A stretch of 64,000 nt of DNA from the UHGV virus genome UHGV-1410950. One strand, written 5' to 3'. Positions within the stretch are counted from its first letter, which is position 1; each line of letters opens with the position of its first letter. The stretch comes from a virus. The notes below the pieces were generated by a model, which was not told where the DNA came from, did not search any database, and saw only the letters and a list, made by a program, of their open reading frames with translations. Position numbers and translations under genes: made by a program. Positions 55,958-64,000 of the stretch are shown piece after piece.

Positions 55958-56428
55958 TCACTGACGCAATCCAGCATTCTGGTAGTTTGCATACTTGGCG
56001 TCGGTCGCCATTTCATCCAGCATCGCCCGCAGGCCGCTGACGCCGTGACGCATGATCCCAAAGTGAAGGGCGGCGTGCAGGAATACATCGGCGTTGTTGT
56101 CTCCTTGGCGATTGACGCGGGGGATGATGGTCTTGCTGTTAGACATCCCGGTATCGACGGGGATGATGACCTGCCCGCCCAGCTGGGGAGCACGCTCGCC
56201 CGGCAGCATGTCGCGCAGCCAGCGCTTACACGCAATGGCCTGCTCCAGCGCCTTTTCAGCCGTGCGGTGCTCGCTGACAGTGGCGGCGTGGCACAGTGCC
56301 CCGTTAACCATGCCGGACAGGATGACGCGACGGCCTTTGGTCGCCACAATCAGATCCGCGTAACCTTCGGCCTTGGCCTGCTTCACGCACGCGGCGAGGT
56401 GGTGTTTGCTTGGTGCGCTCTTAGCCAT
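55958..56428 (-). CDS. Hypothetical protein (156 aa)
   Basis: ORF-track entry. Confidence 0.4.
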   Translation of the reverse strand: MAKSAPSKHHLAACVKQAKAEGYADLIVATKGRRVILSGMVNGALCHAATVSEHRTAEKALEQAIACKRWLRDMLPGERAPQLGGQVIIPVDTGMSNSKTIIPRVNRQGDNNADVFLHAALHFGIMRHGVSGLRAMLDEMATDAKYANYQNAGLRQ

Positions 56429-56708
56429 TCTCGCGGTCTCCTCGCATTGCCAGAATCATATCGTGTGCGAACTCGGCACCTTCCAGCGTCTTGAGATACT
56501 TCTCAGCTTTTTCCTGGTCGAATTCATCAAATACCTTATCGCGGTTGCCTTCGCCCACTTCCCCCTCAGGGAATGAGAAACCCATATCCAGCTCAGCATC
56601 CTGAGCCATAACAATCAGGGACAGCTTTGGGCGGTCGTCATCATCGAATGACTTCTTAACGAGCAGCTGGCGACCGTGCGCCTCGAATACTTTTGCAAAA
56701 CGTTCCAT
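56421..56708 (-). CDS. Hypothetical acidic protein (about 95 aa)
   Basis: Internal start MERFAKVFEAHG with an AAGGA RBS. Confidence 0.4.
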   Translation of the reverse strand: MERFAKVFEAHGRQLLVKKSFDDDDRPKLSLIVMAQDAELDMGFSFPEGEVGEGNRDKVFDEFDQEKAEKYLKTLEGAEFAHDMILAMRGDRENG

Positions 56709-56781
56709 GGGGAATCCTTGGTTGTCGGTTGGTGAAGTTTTTATTATACGCCATAGGTGACACGCCAACAATGACGCATAA

Positions 56782-56803
56782 TAAAAAAGCCCCCGCAGGG
56801 GCT
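56782..56803 (-). terminator. Intrinsic terminator after the adhesin gene (approximate coordinates)
   Basis: Minus-strand hairpin AGCCCC-TGCG-GGGGCT followed by T6. Confidence 0.5.
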
Positions 56804-56820
56804 TCTAATTACAGATCGGT

Positions 56821-57975
56821 TTACCAGCCGTATGAAGCCCCGACGCCGACTACAAAGTTATGCTGGGTGTCGTTGGACACGGACGCCTTAATAACGGTGT
56901 TCTGAGAGGCGCGGGCAGAGAAGCCGACAGCCAGCGCAGATTCGCCATCAGTGTTACCAGCGCCAGCGCCGATAGCAAAGGTCTGGTGCTCCAGTACCTG
57001 CGGGATGTTTGCCATGGCGGCGACGCCTGCGATACCTGCTGACGCACGTTTGCGGTTGTCATCGATCTGCTTGTTCAGGTCGGCAAACTTGCTATTGGTC
57101 TGCGATTCCAGCCCCTGAATGCGCTGCTCATGGTTGGCAATATCGGCGGTGTTCTGGGCTACACGCTTATTGGTCGCATCCAGAGCCTGACGGTTCGCCT
57201 CAGAGTGGGCATACGCCGCATCAGCGCGAGACTGCGCATACGCGCCAGTGTCCTGCGCCTGTTTCACGCCAGCGCTCAGCGTGGTGAACTGGCTTGAGCG
57301 GGTGGAGGTCTCAGCCGCCAGAGCGGAATCCTGACGCTGCTGGTCTACAGCAAAATCAGCCTGGTTGACTTTGGTCGCCAGAGCATTGGTGTTGCTGGTA
57401 ATGCGCAGGTCATGGTCAGCCAGTGCCGCATCATGCTGCTGGTCGGCAGCTTTGCGGTCATTGGTCTCATTGGTAAGAGCCACGCCGTTACCCACTACGC
57501 CTGCCAGTGCGGCATCCGCTTTATCACTATTCGTGGAGATCAGCGCATCCTGATCGTTGTCGCGGACTGCCTGTGCAGCCTTATCGGCATCATACGCGGT
57601 CTGGTCAACCTTATCAGCCAGGCCATTCAGTGCCGCCTGCGCATCGGTCTTGGCAGAGCCAGCCAGATTCAAAGCAGAGCTCGCTTCCTGCTGTGCGGCG
57701 TCCGCTTTCTGGTCAACGGCGATCACACCCAGCTTGGTGCTTTGCAGGTCGGCATCCACACTGGTGATGCGGTCGCCCAGTTGAGTATCGCGGGTTTCAG
57801 AGTCCAGCTTGTTCTGGGTGATTTGGTTCTGGTGATCGTTGATCAGGTCGCTGGTTACATTTGCGCGGGCGTCCTGAATGCGGTCATATGCAGACGGGGA
57901 CGGATTCGGAGCAGCAATCGCTGCGGAAGTGGTGGCAGTAAAAGTCAGAGCGATAGCCAGCTTGGTCAGTTTCAT
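56821..57975 (-). CDS. Trimeric autotransporter adhesin (YadA/Eib-like) moron
   Basis: Signal peptide MKLTKLAIALTFTATTSAAIAAP. Long coiled-coil stalk with repeated Q/A/D-rich heptads. C-terminal YadA-type beta-barrel anchor ending ...NFVVGVGASYGW. Confidence 0.7.
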   Translation of the reverse strand: MKLTKLAIALTFTATTSAAIAAPNPSPSAYDRIQDARANVTSDLINDHQNQITQNKLDSETRDTQLGDRITSVDADLQSTKLGVIAVDQKADAAQQEASSALNLAGSAKTDAQAALNGLADKVDQTAYDADKAAQAVRDNDQDALISTNSDKADAALAGVVGNGVALTNETNDRKAADQQHDAALADHDLRITSNTNALATKVNQADFAVDQQRQDSALAAETSTRSSQFTTLSAGVKQAQDTGAYAQSRADAAYAHSEANRQALDATNKRVAQNTADIANHEQRIQGLESQTNSKFADLNKQIDDNRKRASAGIAGVAAMANIPQVLEHQTFAIGAGAGNTDGESALAVGFSARASQNTVIKASVSNDTQHNFVVGVGASYGW

Positions 57976-58151
57976 TTAAAGCCTCATTATTAGGTGGTTT
58001 ATTGGGTGTTTCCCGTGTTGACGAGGAGAACTATACGGCACGCATGACGCGTCCGCAATAGCGCAATGATAAATTTTCCGTATTATTCCGCTGGAATGAT
58101 TCAGGGGACTGATTGGAAAGGAGATTTATTTTAGCCCCCGTGGGCTGGGGG

Positions 58152-58374
58152 CTAAAGATTAGCGCGGGATGAATGGCTTCTGGGTGAAGACCTCAGCCTG
58201 AGGGAAGTCAAAAGAGACCTCCGGTGCCATTGCCTGAGAAGGCAGTGACTTGATGTGCTGGGATCCATCTGGCAGGAATACGCCAGCAAGGTAACGCGGC
58301 ACCTGAATGACGTTTGCAGCCAGTGCATAGCCCGGTGGTGCTGCGGGATTAACGGTATCGTCGATTGTAGCCAT
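58152..58374 (-). CDS. Hypothetical small protein (71 aa)
   Basis: ORF-track entry. Confidence 0.3.
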
Positions 58375-58419
58375 GGGTAAAAAGCCCTCGTTATGTCTGA
58401 GGGCTCCAGTATGCCGTCA

Positions 58420-58641
58420 CTACCTCCGGCGATTAATCTCATGGTACAGCGCAGCCATAAAAATACCGATGGCGACGGGCCAGCACAGCATGACCATCAG
58501 CAGCGTCTGGGGTGGCATCTTCTTCCCGGCGATCCCCATTTTGTCTGAGATGAAGTCAATCATGATAACTGCTGCGCCTATCAGCAGCGCGACAGCACCG
58601 TACACTTGCAGCTTCTCCAGCCAGAATTCACTCACTGCCAT
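58420..58641 (-). CDS. Small membrane protein (73 aa)
   Basis: Two hydrophobic helices. Confidence 0.35.
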   Translation of the reverse strand: MAVSEFWLEKLQVYGAVALLIGAAVIMIDFISDKMGIAGKKMPPQTLLMVMLCWPVAIGIFMAALYHEINRRR

Positions 58642-58829
58642 GGCTCCTCATACCAGGTGGAAAGCGCCACATATGCGGTGACGGGCCAGAGCGCCGCCTG
58701 AATGAGCAGGAAGCCCACGGCTTTACGCTTCGGGTGCATACGCGGCACCCATTTGCGCAGGCCCAGCAGCAGCACCACTAAAAAGCCAGCCCAGTACAGG
58801 GCCAGCGATACGATGATTTCAGTCTGCAT
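58632..58829 (-). CDS. Small membrane protein (65 aa)
   Basis: Two hydrophobic helices. Overlaps the next gene. Confidence 0.35.
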   Translation of the reverse strand: MQTEIIVSLALYWAGFLVVLLLGLRKWVPRMHPKRKAVGFLLIQAALWPVTAYVALSTWYEEPWQ

Positions 58830-59238
58830 TGTGCAATGCCTTCCCGATCCGCTCGATGCCTTTCAGCGCCTGCTCCAGATTGTCAAAGCCTGCGGCCTTC
58901 ACCATCTGGTCGATGCGCTCAACGGCGTCTGTCATCTGGTTGCCCATGTCCAGCAGCAGGATAACCAGCTCAGGCCGGACGATATCGACAAATTGCCGCA
59001 CCGCAGCACGCCCGGCTAACGTGTCCTGCCAGTCTCCGTGGATGGATGACAGCACGGTGGCCGCCACGCGCATCTTCACCTCATGCTCCGGCGTGATGTC
59101 GGTCATCGGCGCACGGGGTTCAGCTTTGTGAATCGGTCGCGCGGCTTCGCGTTGTCCACGATAGCTTTGACGATGGCCTGCGCTTCTTCTCGCGTTCTTA
59201 CGTTTTGCTGGCTTGAGGTGTCCGATTGAGACTGGCAA
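58819..59238 (-). CDS. Hypothetical protein
   Basis: ORF-track entry. Confidence 0.3.
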   Translation of the reverse strand: MPVSIGHLKPAKRKNARRSAGHRQSYRGQREAARPIHKAEPRAPMTDITPEHEVKMRVAATVLSSIHGDWQDTLAGRAAVRQFVDIVRPELVILLLDMGNQMTDAVERIDQMVKAAGFDNLEQALKGIERIGKALHNAD

Positions 59239-59690
59239 AGCAAATCCTCCATGGCTTTCATCACAGCGTCCCGCTGGGCTTCCAGCAGGTCGATTTTGTC
59301 TTGTTGTTTCTGGTGGCGCTGGTACGAGTGCCAGTTACCGCCTTGGCGCATACTCAGCTGGATATCCCGCACCTCATCCGGCGTCAGCACAGTCAGCGGC
59401 TGCTCCGGGGTGAGGATCATGCAGTTGTTTTCCCAGTCCATGCCGCGCATCAGGGCTTGAGCCTCGACGTGCGGGATTGGGCCCATCGTGCTGTCACGCG
59501 GGATGACAGGGATGATCAGGCGCTCAGCAGGGTGAGTGCTGCGGGAATTGTCCGCCAGTGCTTCGAGGGCTTTGGCGGCGGTAATCGGTTCAAGCGGTCG
59601 GGCCATTGGGTTTCTCCGGTTGATAGATAACTGATTCAATCCAGTGGGCATCATCCCCCATGCAGTGACATTTGCTCTCCAGCGGTTCAT
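59103..59690 (-). CDS. Hypothetical protein
   Basis: ORF-track entry. The overlap with neighbours leaves the start uncertain. Confidence 0.3.
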   Translation of the reverse strand: MNRWRANVTAWGMMPTGLNQLSINRRNPMARPLEPITAAKALEALADNSRSTHPAERLIIPVIPRDSTMGPIPHVEAQALMRGMDWENNCMILTPEQPLTVLTPDEVRDIQLSMRQGGNWHSYQRHQKQQDKIDLLEAQRDAVMKAMEDLLCQSQSDTSSQQNVRTREEAQAIVKAIVDNAKPRDRFTKLNPVRR

Positions 59691-59991
59691 CCAGCCCCTC
59701 AGCCTCGCAGGAGGAGCAGGTGAACAGCTTGCGCGGGTTGCCTAACGTTGCGTGCTGCATTCTCATGGCGACGCGCATACGCTGGTTTTCTTCCTGAGTC
59801 TCTTTCAGCTCATCCAGCAGGGACTTGATGCGCTCGGCGTTCCATTCCTCATCGGTCTGGTCGTACAGCTTGCACGCGCCCATGTAGTCGCCGGGACTGT
59901 TTTTCTTGTGCTCGATGATCTCCACGGCGAGGTCATACATGCGCTGCTTGTCAGCCTGGCTGATTCTGCTCATCCGGCCCCCCAAGCGCAT
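59590..59991 (-). CDS. Hypothetical Cys-containing protein
   Basis: CSSCEAEG...CHC motif. Confidence 0.3.
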   Translation of the reverse strand: MRLGGRMSRISQADKQRMYDLAVEIIEHKKNSPGDYMGACKLYDQTDEEWNAERIKSLLDELKETQEENQRMRVAMRMQHATLGNPRKLFTCSSCEAEGLDEPLESKCHCMGDDAHWIESVIYQPEKPNGPTA

Positions 59992-60508
59992 ATTTCAGGT
60001 AGTCAGTATCTCCAGTGTCACGGTGAGCCAGATTGCCCTGACTGTTTGTGACAAACTGACCTTTAGGCAGGTAGACACGCGGGAACAGACCATGCCATTT
60101 CCCCTCGGTGATGGTTGGATGCCCACCCTTGAGGTGCGTCGGGCCGCAGGCGCTACACAGTTTCATGCCTTCTCGCTCCGGCGCATAGCTCCAGTCAAAC
60201 GAGCTCGGCGCGTGGTAGAACATGCCTACGCCGCACGCGGTGTTTTCCGCACAGCCGCAGCGCTCACATTGGAAGATGCTCATCAGTGAACTCCCAGAAT
60301 CAAAATCGGTCGCAGCTTCGCCAGCACGGCAAAGCCGATAATCAGGTATGCCAGCAGCCATCGCACATCGGCCCAAGTCATCGCGGTGCGGCCTGCAACA
60401 TGCCAGCGGTGAATCTGCCAGAGCGGAAGCAGCAGGAAGCACAGGATCAGCGCCAGCATGACGCTTTGCCCTGTCATCGCGCTTTCTCCTCCTCCAGAGT
60501 TTCCTCAA
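59951..60508 (-). CDS. Hypothetical zinc-ribbon protein
   Basis: CERCGC...CSACGP motif. The true start is probably an internal Met. Confidence 0.3.
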   Translation of the reverse strand: MRKLWRRRKRDDRAKRHAGADPVLPAASALADSPLACCRPHRDDLGRCAMAAGIPDYRLCRAGEAATDFDSGSSLMSIFQCERCGCAENTACGVGMFYHAPSSFDWSYAPEREGMKLCSACGPTHLKGGHPTITEGKWHGLFPRVYLPKGQFVTNSQGNLAHRDTGDTDYLKYALGGPDEQNQPG

Positions 60509-60839
60509 TGATGCGCCCGGCTACCCAGTTGCTCAGGTTCTTGCGGGACGGAAGTCGCTTATAGCGGCCTTTGTGCCCGTTACGCTGCCCGCGCTGGGAA
60601 TTCCAGCGGCGCAGGGTTGGCGCGTTGATTTTGGGCGGCAGCTTGGTCGGTTGAAGGGCCAGCTGTAATGCGGCGAGATACTGCACGCAGCTCTCATCGA
60701 CGTTAGCGTCTGGGCCGATGTTAAGCCCGGTCTCGTTATTGAGCACCTTGCGCACCAGCTCCAGCGGCATGTTGGCGATGCGTGCCGCCAGCTCCGGTTG
60801 GTGCTCATTGAGCCATGCGGTCAGGATTGCGCGGCTCAT
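60474..60839 (-). CDS. Hypothetical protein (121 aa)
   Basis: ORF-track entry. Confidence 0.35.
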   Translation of the reverse strand: MSRAILTAWLNEHQPELAARIANMPLELVRKVLNNETGLNIGPDANVDESCVQYLAALQLALQPTKLPPKINAPTLRRWNSQRGQRNGHKGRYKRLPSRKNLSNWVAGRIIEETLEEEKAR

Positions 60840-60950
60840 AAGACTACTCCAGCAGGAATGGTCATCGTTGGAATCCTTGGGTAATGTGCCGGGCGGTGTG
60901 CCCGGCCTTGATGAGACAATAGCGGATTATTTACGTCTTGTACAGCGTAA

Positions 60951-61499
60951 TTATTTGGCGCGTGTCAAAACTGCGCTGTAAGTGGTCATCGGGTGGATCT
61001 CGTAGCAGCCATTGCAGAGCAGGTGATTGTTAGTCATATGCAGGTGCCCGCAGCCATCACAGCGATAAACTGTCTGCGTCAGCGCATTGGTGCCACCCTC
61101 GCGCAGCCAGAGCGGTACGGCGGCGATCCGGTTGTGCAGCTCGCCAGCCTCCTCGCAGCACTCGTTGTGCGCCATCGCCTCATTGCGCATGTCTTCCTCG
61201 GAACCAACGCAGCTCTCGGAGTAGTAAACCTTTCCGGTGTCCACGTACATCAGGCCCCACGTAAACGGCTCATTGCGGTCGGCAGCAGTGCAACGAGCCG
61301 CAAGCGCCTCGGCTTCCTCGGCAATGCGCTCGGCGTTTTTCAGGTGCTCGGATTTCATGGCTTGGCCCTCAGTTGGTTGATGACCTCCAGCACATCCTCC
61401 AGCGCGATGTGTGAAGTGGTGTACTTCTGCGGCAGCGCCTTGAGGTTGGAGATCAGGCGATTCACCTCGATCACATCCGACTCCGGCGCGAGGCGGCAC
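60951..61499 (-). CDS. Hypothetical zinc-binding protein
   Basis: C-terminal CDGCGHLHMTNNHLLCNGC motif. The true start is probably internal. Confidence 0.3.
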   Translation of the reverse strand: MPPRAGVGCDRGESPDLQPQGAAAEVHHFTHRAGGCAGGHQPTEGQAMKSEHLKNAERIAEEAEALAARCTAADRNEPFTWGLMYVDTGKVYYSESCVGSEEDMRNEAMAHNECCEEAGELHNRIAAVPLWLREGGTNALTQTVYRCDGCGHLHMTNNHLLCNGCYEIHPMTTYSAVLTRAK

Positions 61500-62683
61500 A
61501 TCACCTCAGGCAGTTTGCAGTTGATTGGCTCGCCAGCGAACAGCGGCAGGACGTACAGCCCGCCAGTTTCGTTGCAGTGCTTCACCGCATCTTCCTCGCT
61601 CCACAGGAGATAGGTCTGATATCCGTGGACATCCACCCAGAAGCGCGGGCGCGGTCGCAGGGCTTCGGCAATGCAGCGGATCAGGCAGATGGCGTTGTCC
61701 TCGGTAGTGTCACCCATCAGGTTCTGGATGGCGTCGTGAACATCGGGGAGGTCGCTGATCCCCTTGTAGTCCTGCCAGCTCATGCCAGTGTTGATGGGTG
61801 GCTGCTGAGTCAGGCGCTCGATTCCATCCAGCGCAATACGCATCGCTTGGATTGCCGCCTGCCCGTCTGGCAGCGTGCCATAACGTTCGAAGCAGTCCAG
61901 CAGGTTACGCATGATTTGCGGGGTCAGCTCTTTGTAAGCGTGCTCCAGCGGGCCAGTGATCAGTTTGGGTTTTTTGCACATGGTGCGGCTGTAGTAATCA
62001 GACCAGATCTCAGGCTTGACCGTACCAGTCTGCTTTGGCTGGCTGTAGGCGTAATGTTTCAGAGCGCCCACGGTGGCGCTGGCAGCGTGCTGCGGGTGAC
62101 TGATAGCGCCCAGAGCCGCGCCCAGCAATCCACGCGGGACGGTGATCGGGTCGTTGTCGTCCTCCAGTGATGCGACGGTCTTCGCGGTCAGCTCCGGGGT
62201 GATCTCCGGTTCAGGCTTCGCGGTGCTCCAGCCGTGATGGTGCATAAACGCGGCATAGGCCATCACATCGCGCGGGTCGCCTTTCTGGATGTGGTGCATC
62301 AGATCGGCGCGGCAATCGTCCTCCCAGTCGTGGCGCATCCAGCCTACCGGGTCAGCCTTGCGCTTGTTCTGCGCGGCGAGCAGCTTATTGCCCAGCGCCT
62401 GCGCGGTATCGACGATCAGATACTGCGTCGAGCGGGCCAGCCCTTCCGGCAGCTTAACGGTGAAGTGCTCCATGCCATCCGGCCCCATTGCTGGCTCGGC
62501 TTTGCGGCTGGCATCGCGCAGCTGGTCGATCAGGGTGCGGATAAGTCCGCCGTAGTTCGGTGCCAGCGCCAACATGGCGTTATCCAGCTCATAGCCTGCG
62601 TCGGTGGAGTGCTCGCCAGCGGCCTCAGCTGACACTGCTCTTTCGTACAGGTCAGCCAGTTGTTGCTCGGTGTAGGTGCTCAT
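61355..62683 (-). CDS. Hypothetical protein (442 aa)
   Basis: Long ORF containing a His-rich patch (DLMHHIQKGDPRDVMAYAAFMHHHGW). Confidence 0.45.
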   Translation of the reverse strand: MSTYTEQQLADLYERAVSAEAAGEHSTDAGYELDNAMLALAPNYGGLIRTLIDQLRDASRKAEPAMGPDGMEHFTVKLPEGLARSTQYLIVDTAQALGNKLLAAQNKRKADPVGWMRHDWEDDCRADLMHHIQKGDPRDVMAYAAFMHHHGWSTAKPEPEITPELTAKTVASLEDDNDPITVPRGLLGAALGAISHPQHAASATVGALKHYAYSQPKQTGTVKPEIWSDYYSRTMCKKPKLITGPLEHAYKELTPQIMRNLLDCFERYGTLPDGQAAIQAMRIALDGIERLTQQPPINTGMSWQDYKGISDLPDVHDAIQNLMGDTTEDNAICLIRCIAEALRPRPRFWVDVHGYQTYLLWSEEDAVKHCNETGGLYVLPLFAGEPINCKLPEVMCRLAPESDVIEVNRLISNLKALPQKYTTSHIALEDVLEVINQLRAKP

Positions 62684-63045
62684 TCGGTTCGATCCTTGGT
62701 TTGTTGATATGCCACCGCGCCAGCTCCGGTGACAACGGTCTGGTGCCAGTGGTTTGGCTGCTTAGCCGCAGCCCGTGGGTTGGCAAAATCAATTAGCCCC
62801 AAGCGGTACAGCACTGGGATGCTGGGCGCGTTTACTGGTGTTGTAGTGCGGAACCATTCCCCACGGGACACGCCGATATCTGGCCTGTTCTCGTGGGCCT
62901 TCTTTCCATCACCGCGCAGGCTGTAGCTGGTGCCGGACATAATGCGGCGCAGGGTGTAAACCTGCGCCATGGTCAGCTTTGGAGGCTTAACCATTGGTCT
63001 TCTCTTTCGCGTTGATAGCGTTGATATGCGACTGCACCAGCGCAC
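62680..63045 (-). CDS. Hypothetical protein
   Basis: ORF-track entry. Confidence 0.3.
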   Translation of the reverse strand: MRWCSRISTLSTRKRRPMVKPPKLTMAQVYTLRRIMSGTSYSLRGDGKKAHENRPDIGVSRGEWFRTTTPVNAPSIPVLYRLGLIDFANPRAAAKQPNHWHQTVVTGAGAVAYQQTKDRTE

Positions 63046-63919
63046 GGATAGCCGCCATGACAGGAACAGGCGGACGGTTCAGCTTATCGCCGCACAGGTC
63101 ATCAATCGCGCCGATGATAGCCCGGTCGGCGTTGCGCTCGGTCATCACGGTGCGCAGCAGCTCGTCGTGTTTGTGCTGGGCGACGGACAGGCCCTTGATG
63201 AACGTGTACAGCTCAGTAACGTTGTCGCGCCAGTCGTCTTTGACTTCCAGCTCATAGTTGCCGATCAGTGTGGCGATTGCGTTGCGCGGCGCGTTGAATT
63301 TCTCCTCCAGACGGTTAGCCAGCACCTCCCACGGATGGTTGGCATATGGCGCGGCGTCGGTTGCTGGGCTATCCCACTCTACCAGCTCACAGATGCGGTC
63401 ATGCAGGATCATGGCACCGCCGCGATAGCGGGTGATGGTGTTCACGTAGTCACGGATGCCGATCAGCAGCTCAGGGAGTGACGGCAGCATGTCAGGGGTG
63501 GACGGCTGAATCATGCAGAGCGCCATCACTTCGCGCTTGAATGGGTCAAGTGTAGTCTGCGATGACCGGACGCTGGTCAGGTCGTTAGCCAGCTTGGTGA
63601 CGAGCGCCGGAAGCTCTTTCGGATTTTCGACGACGACGCCCAGCACGCGCTGGATATCTTTCAGGGTGCAGTATGCAGTGTCACGCTCGCCGCGTGCTAG
63701 TGCCAGCTCCTGATCAGCTTTAGCCAGCTGGCCTGCGGTCTCTTTGTTGGCTTCGCGGGACTGGCGCAGATTGTCGAACAGCTCCGCCGTGATGGCAGGC
63801 AGATCGCCGTATTCGTAGTCCGGGTCAACCTCCAGAGAGGTGCGGATGTCGTGCAGGATGGTTTTGCAGTCAGCCAGATCAACGGTGGCATCTGCCAGCG
63901 CGTTGGTGCGCTCGGTCAA
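62987..63919 (-). CDS. Hypothetical coiled-coil protein (310 aa)
   Basis: ORF-track entry. An upstream gene continues to the window end. Confidence 0.4.
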   Translation of the reverse strand: MTERTNALADATVDLADCKTILHDIRTSLEVDPDYEYGDLPAITAELFDNLRQSREANKETAGQLAKADQELALARGERDTAYCTLKDIQRVLGVVVENPKELPALVTKLANDLTSVRSSQTTLDPFKREVMALCMIQPSTPDMLPSLPELLIGIRDYVNTITRYRGGAMILHDRICELVEWDSPATDAAPYANHPWEVLANRLEEKFNAPRNAIATLIGNYELEVKDDWRDNVTELYTFIKGLSVAQHKHDELLRTVMTERNADRAIIGAIDDLCGDKLNRPPVPVMAAIRALVQSHINAINAKEKTNG

Positions 63920-64000
63920 CAGGTCGGCATTCTCTTTGAAGTTGCGGACGTAGGTCAGCAGGCTGCTCGGCGTTGCATCAAGCTTGCCAGTGATACTGCG

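Noticed and set aside
1325-63481. Many plus-strand ORFs of 60-320 aa in the track (for example 3508-4350, 5458-6183, 8549-9172, 9986-10675, 11673-12485, 16340-17035, 22238-23038, 28264-29016, 45273-46004, 47306-48256, 57412-57993, 61577-62170)
   Set aside because: Each lies wholly within a longer minus-strand gene that has a good RBS or a domain match. They lack start contexts and have skewed composition, so they are treated as shadow ORFs.
1-64000. CRISPR arrays, integrase/recombinase, transposase
   Set aside because: No regularly spaced direct repeats and no tyrosine or serine recombinase or DDE motifs in any frame. The triple repeat at 17742-18173 is coding, in-frame and protein-level.

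Overview
The whole 64 kb window is tailed-phage DNA (GC about 57%, enterobacterial-like codon usage); no host housekeeping genes are seen. Nearly all genes run on the minus strand in one continuous order, read from high to low coordinate. Region 64000-41150 is a dense, overlapping early/accessory region of small genes that includes an XRE-type HTH regulator, three different DNA methyltransferases (one fused to a ParB-like domain), a lipoprotein, a trimeric-autotransporter adhesin moron and a low-GC two-gene islet. Region 41118-32271 is an accessory cassette dominated by a 2251-aa multi-domain ('polyvalent') protein with a C-terminal R-S-E ADP-ribosyltransferase domain and a PI3/4-kinase-like segment, followed by a translationally coupled Nudix hydrolase gene and a small holin-like membrane protein. 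Region 32182-26665 holds a tail fibre with a C-terminal peptidase-S74 intramolecular chaperone and a lambda GpA-like large terminase. Region 26664-25072 is the only plus-strand unit. It contains a promoter, a roughly 350-nt leader, a tRNA 3'-half-like element, a tRNA-Trp(CCA)-like gene interrupted by a 49-nt insertion, a canonical phage-type tRNA-Asn(GUU), an intrinsic terminator and a His/Ser-rich protein gene. Region 25055-18194 is the head module (portal, MuF-like head-morphogenesis protein, protease/scaffold, acidic scaffold, 510-aa major capsid, decoration-like repeat proteins). Region 17745-1 is a Mu-like contractile-tail module (sheath, tube, frameshift chaperone pair, tape measure with C-terminal SLT domain, baseplate proteins, start of a fibre gene), interrupted by one plus-strand moron. 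No integrase, att site, CRISPR array or dedicated endolysin is visible. The most unusual content is the ART/kinase giant protein plus Nudix cassette, the interrupted tRNA, and a GCGTCGTGA(C/T) motif that recurs upstream of most operon-leading genes.
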